A DNA stretch of 44,750 nt, from the NCBI RefSeq assembly GCF_001194135.2, contig NC_068983.1, forward strand, positions 162,539,215 through 162,583,964, read 5' to 3'. The stretch comes from Octopus bimaculoides (taxonomy: Eukaryota). Positions 40,167-44,750 of the stretch are shown here, one piece after another (the stretch's first letter is position 1; every line of letters starts with the position of its first letter). The position numbers and the translations under genes were made by a program. The notes under the pieces are model-generated. The model was not told where the DNA came from and searched no databases. It was given only the letters and a program-made list of their open reading frames with translations.

Positions 40167-42200
40167 GTCGTTTAATGTCTGCTTTTCATGCTGGCATGGG
40201 TTGGACGATTTGACTGAGGACTGGCGAACCAGATGGCTGCACAAGGCTCCAATCTGATCTGGCAAAGTTTCTACAGCTGGATGCCCTTCCTAACGCCAAC
40301 CACTCCGATAATGTAGTGGGTGCTTTTATGTGCCACAGGCATGATGGCCAGTCAGGCAGTTCTGGCAACGACCATGCTCAAAAGGTATTTTTTACATGCT
40401 ACCTGGACAGGGGCCAGTCTGGCAGCACTGGCGACGACCTCGCTCGAATGTTGTTTTTCATGTACCAGTAAGGCGACGCTGGCAACAATCACGCTTGAAT
40501 GGTGTTTTTTTACGTGCCACCGGCATGGGAGCCAATCCATGGCCCTGGCAACTATTATGCTCGGATGTACTTTTAACATTCCACTGGCTCATGTTCCAAT
40601 CAGGCAGTACTGTCATTGGCCATGTCAGTGATTTTTATTTGATTTCACTTGCCTCAATAGGTCTTCGCAAGCAAAGTTTATTGTCCAATGAATGAGGGGT
40701 ACCCATAAGTTGGCTGGTTACACCCACTGGCATAGGCCACGGGCTATGGTCTCACTTGTCGGTCTTCTCAAGCACAGCATATTTCCAAAGGTCTCAGTCA
40801 CTAATCATTGCCTTGGTAAGGGCCAATATTCGAAGGTCATGCTTCACCACCTCATCCCAGGTCTTCCTGGGTCTACCTCCTCCACACGTTCCCTCAACTG
40901 CGAGGGTGTGACACTTTTTCACACAGCTGTCCTCATTCATTCGCAACACATGACCATACCAGCGCAATCGTCTCTCTTGCACACCACAACCGATGCTTCT
41001 TATGTTCAGCTTTTCTCTCAAGATACTTACACTCTGTCGGGTATGCACACTGACATTACTCATCCATCGTAGCATACTGGCTTCATTTCTTGCAAGTTTA
41101 CACATGTCCTCAGCAGTTACGGCCCATGTTTCACTACCATGTAGCATGCCTGTTCGTACACATGCGTCATACAGTCTACCTTTTACTCTGAGCGAGAGGC
41201 TCTTTGTCACCAGCAGAGGTAAGAGCTCTCTGAACTTTGCCCAGGCTATTCTTATTCTAGCAGCTATACTTTCAGCGCACACTCCCCCGCTAATGACTTG
41301 GTCACCTAGATAGCGGAAGCTATCGACTACCTCTAGTTTTTCTCCCTGGAATGTGGCAGAAGTTGTTCTCTGCACATTTTCAGTGTTTATTGCTCCTGAG
41401 CATCTGCCACATACAAAAACTATCTTCACAGTTAGCCGTTCTTTGATATTGCTGCACCTCTTATGTGTCCATAGCTTACACTGGGTACATCTTACAGAGT
41501 TTCTACGTATGCCTTTTCTACAGATCGAGCAGGGCCATCTACCTGAAGGGATTTGTGGTTTGTCTGCCTTCCTACTTATTAGGACTTTGGTTTTAGCTAG
41601 GTTGACTTTAAGGCCCTTTGATTCTAATCCTTGCTTCCACCCCTGAAACTTCTCCTCTAGTTCTGATAGTGACTTGGCAATTAGAGCAAGGTCATCAGCA
41701 TAGAGGAGCTCCCAGGTGCATCCTGTCTTGAATTCTTCTGTTATTGCCTGGAGGACTATGATAAATAGGAGGGGGCTGAGGACAGAACCTTGGTGGACCC
41801 CTACCTCCACCCGGAATTCTTCACTGTACTCGTTGCCAACCCTCACCTTACTGACAGCGTCCCTGTACATGGCTCGCACAGCTCTCACTAACCATTCTTC
41901 TATCCCAAGTTTCCTCATTGACCACCAGATAAGGGATCGGGGGACCCTGTCAAAGGCTTTCTCCATGTCAATGAAAGCCAGGTACAGAGGTTTATCTTTG
42001 GCTAGGTATTTCTCCTGCAGTTGTCTTACCAGAAATATAGCATCAGTGGTGCTTTTCCCTGGCACAAACCCAAACTGCATCTCATCTAAACTAACTCTCT
42101 TCGTAATTAGTTGGGCTATGATCCTCTCCGTGACCTTCATTACCTGATCCAACAACTTGATACCTCTGTAATTATTTGTATCCAATGCATCACCTTTAGG
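40167..42200 (-). mobile_element. RTE-clade LINE, 5'-truncated, young (RT ORF 42218-40794 open; ~590-nt 3' UTR)
   Basis: NYRGIKLL, QFGFVPGKSTTDAIF, DMEKAFDRVP, GVHQGSVLSPLLF, LLYADD (41691-41702), FRYLG, RLRWYGHV, GRPRKTW; no frameshift over 474 codons. Confidence 0.95.
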
Positions 42201-42379
42201 GTGCAACAGAAGTAACACCCTTTTCTATTTGTATTTTTTTATAATTTTCTGCAGCATAAATTTCTTTTTTTTTTGTTTTATATGATATAATTTTATAATG
42301 TATCTTTTTTTTCTCTTTATTTCAGGAATTTTAGATAAATAAGGCCATGCAATTAAATTTCAAATGTGGAAGGAAATCT

Positions 42380-43320
42380 CTAGATTCAGAAACCCTAAAG
42401 TAAATTTAGTAAAATCAGGGGTTTTAGTTGGCAAGAAAAATGACAGGATTCAACAACCATCTGGGAAGGGATCATGTTTGATATGCAGAAAGGGAGTTGG
42501 TAGGAATTAGATTCGGTGCCTCCAATTACTGATGTACAAACAGTATTTATTTTTCATATTAGAGTTTATTCAGGAGTATACCCAAAGGTTTTTACAATTA
42601 AATACATTTGCAAGTTAAACATATTAGATACAACCAAAAACAGACCTAAATGTCTGTTGTGTTTGTCTCCATTGACTGTGGAAAAGTAGTTGCTGATGCT
42701 GCTGTTTCAGCTATTTTTATAGTCTTATCAGAAAAATGTTTTCCCTATATTTACTGCTACCATGGAACTATATTTGCAGCCACTTCTGTTACATTTTAAC
42801 TCAGCTAGGCAGACTGATTTTCATATTTGACACATTCTTTGTTGTTAGTTCTATTATATAAATTATTGATGTGTGCTAGCAGTGTTTATTTTTCATACTA
42901 ATGTTTACTATGGGATATGCTCAGTGTAAACTATGTGTATAGGTGTTAGGTGGGATCGCAGGTAGAGTGTTTGAGAAGGCTGGTGTAATTAGTAGTAAGA
43001 AGATCTATAAAATGAATTCTCTCAATTGACCAGAGGGTCCTAGAAGTGATTGATAACTTCTGTTACCTAGGTAACCAAATTAGTAGTGGAGGAGGGTGAT
43101 TTGAAAGCATAGCAACCAAAATAAGAATGTGCTGGAAAAAAAGTTCAGAGCTTTATTATTTCTGTTGGTAAGAAAGGGGTTCTTTCTCAGTTAAGGGCAG
43201 ATGCTATGATGCATGGGTACAAAGTTTGAAATGGCGCAATAATGAATGATGGACATTGAATGCAGATAATGTGTGAAGGTTAGAAAGAGATGAAACGAGC
43301 AAACTTCTCTGGGTGTCTGT
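42380..43320 (+). mobile_element. Decayed RTE LINE fragment in opposite orientation, interrupted at ~42540-42920
   Basis: Remnants homologous to KVNL.K..VL...PSG..C.ICRKG and LEVIDNFCYLG.QISSGGG of the neighbouring RTE. Confidence 0.7.
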
Positions 43321-44317
43321 TATGTTTTAATACAGATTTATCCGCGTGAAAGCCCGTCCAGCAATTATGGTGTGAACATGTGAGCAATATATATATTCAA
43401 AAATACACACTGATTAAAGCAGAACTCAAAAATGCACGTGCAAAACAAAGCAATATGCAAATTAGAAGAACAATTATTTGTAGAAATTAACAAAATACAA
43501 ATATATTTACTAAACAAGGCAAAGTCACCAAACTCAGTTGGATACCGAGTCAGAACTGAATGAGAGCAATATAACAATGTCTAACATTGGTATGAAGGAC
43601 TGTGTGTAAATGGGTTGGAAGAAAAATACGACATAATAAGAGAGGAGTTTATGTTTGAGTTGAAATAGGTTGAATACAGAGGAATTATAACCTGGAATTA
43701 TCTACAAATGTATTCATACTCTTCCTTGGACTAAAATGTAAAAGAAAACCTGAAAAATCAATAATAAATCCAAAGAAAACTATTTCTAACAATAATCATG
43801 TATGATTTCAGAATAATTAAAAGGTCAACTTAGATTGAACAAACATGTGATCATAGACATTCCAAAACTGACCATCTTGCCTGGTTTGTTGCATTTACCA
43901 AAGTTAGTTTCGTTTATCATAGTTGTTATTTAAAATCCTGCTTGAATTGACTTTACATCATTCTATATTTGTTAAAAGAAACTGGAGCCAGTTTATTTGA
44001 GTAATTCCGTCTGCTACAGATCGATGTCTATACCAATTCTTAATTTCGCTATTCACATTGAAATCGTTATAAGTAGTAAGGGACATAAACATACAATGCT
44101 TGGAAGAAGTTAGAAAAAGTTATTTCCCTTTGGAAATAAGTTTGAGTTTGCATGGCTTCCCTTTACGTCAACGTGCTCGCTATCTCCACAAACACACACA
44201 CAAATAAATACGTACAGCTGCACACATATACGTATATGTTCCTATACATACATATACGTGTGGACACTGCCTCATGTATCAGAGGCAACTAAGAGAAAAC
44301 CCCACCAAAACTAAGTA

Positions 44318-44470
44318 AAGGCGCACGCGTGGCTGTGTGGTAAGAAGTTTGTTACCCAACCACATGGTTCCAGGTTCAGTCTTGGCCAAGTGTCTTCTAC
44401 TCTAGCAGTAGACCGGCCTAAGCCTTGCGAGTGGATTTCGTAGATGGGAACTGAAAGTAGCCCATCTTTT
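44318..44470 (+). mobile_element. tRNA-derived SINE family D head
   Basis: AAGGCGCACGCGTGGCTGTGTGGTAAG...CCAGGTTCAGTC...GGCCAAGTGTCTTCTAC...GAGTGGATTTCGTAGA, followed by (GT)n(AT)n. Confidence 0.75.
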
Positions 44471-44479
44471 ATATGTGTG

Positions 44480-44521
<42 letters not shown>

Positions 44522-44750
44522 ATTATATGTATTTCTTCTATCTTAATGAATAAAAATTCTTCGGATAGAATAAATGGGTTAATAGAAACCAATGTAGCAA
44601 AGAACACAAAATAACTTTGGTGTTGTTCCTGTTTTTAAGGCAGGAACTCCTTGAAATTTTGGGTATTTGAGTATATTTAAAAATTTAAGGAATGGAGAAA
44701 ACGCATGTTATAATTGCATACTTTATTTCTACATATGTTTCAAAGGATTA

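Noticed and set aside
40692-42147. Plus-strand ORFs of 97-143 aa overlapping the RTE
   Set aside because: Antisense shadow frames of the RT coding sequence.

Overview
AT-rich animal genomic DNA from a gapped draft assembly with 7 N-runs. The repeat landscape suggests a cephalopod, probably Octopus (inference). Three intron-containing genes can be built by hand. (1) The 5' part of PDCD2L on the minus strand: three exons at 7753-7667, 4514-4354 and 3409-3134, continuing off the left edge. (2) A two-exon plus-strand gene (12106-12485 + 14533-15793, 546 aa) encoding THAP + HTH + Harbinger/ISL2EU-type DDE transposase fold; its catalytic triad is degenerate (E,D,K) and it has an ETS/CRE-like promoter, so it is a candidate domesticated transposase. 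(3) MCM5 on the minus strand (39003-19833): 15 exons found, one expected 127-nt exon missing (probably in an N gap), with E2F sites upstream. The rest is mostly repeats: RTE LINEs and many copies of their 3' UTR, R4/Dong and CR1-like fragments, a probable Penelope relic, several tRNA-SINE families, and piggyBac- and hAT-type MITEs. The most unusual signal is a small tRNA-headed SINE-like element (3 copies) whose body contains a minimal type I hammerhead ribozyme motif of the Penelope-associated kind, with inverted 5' duplications in two copies.
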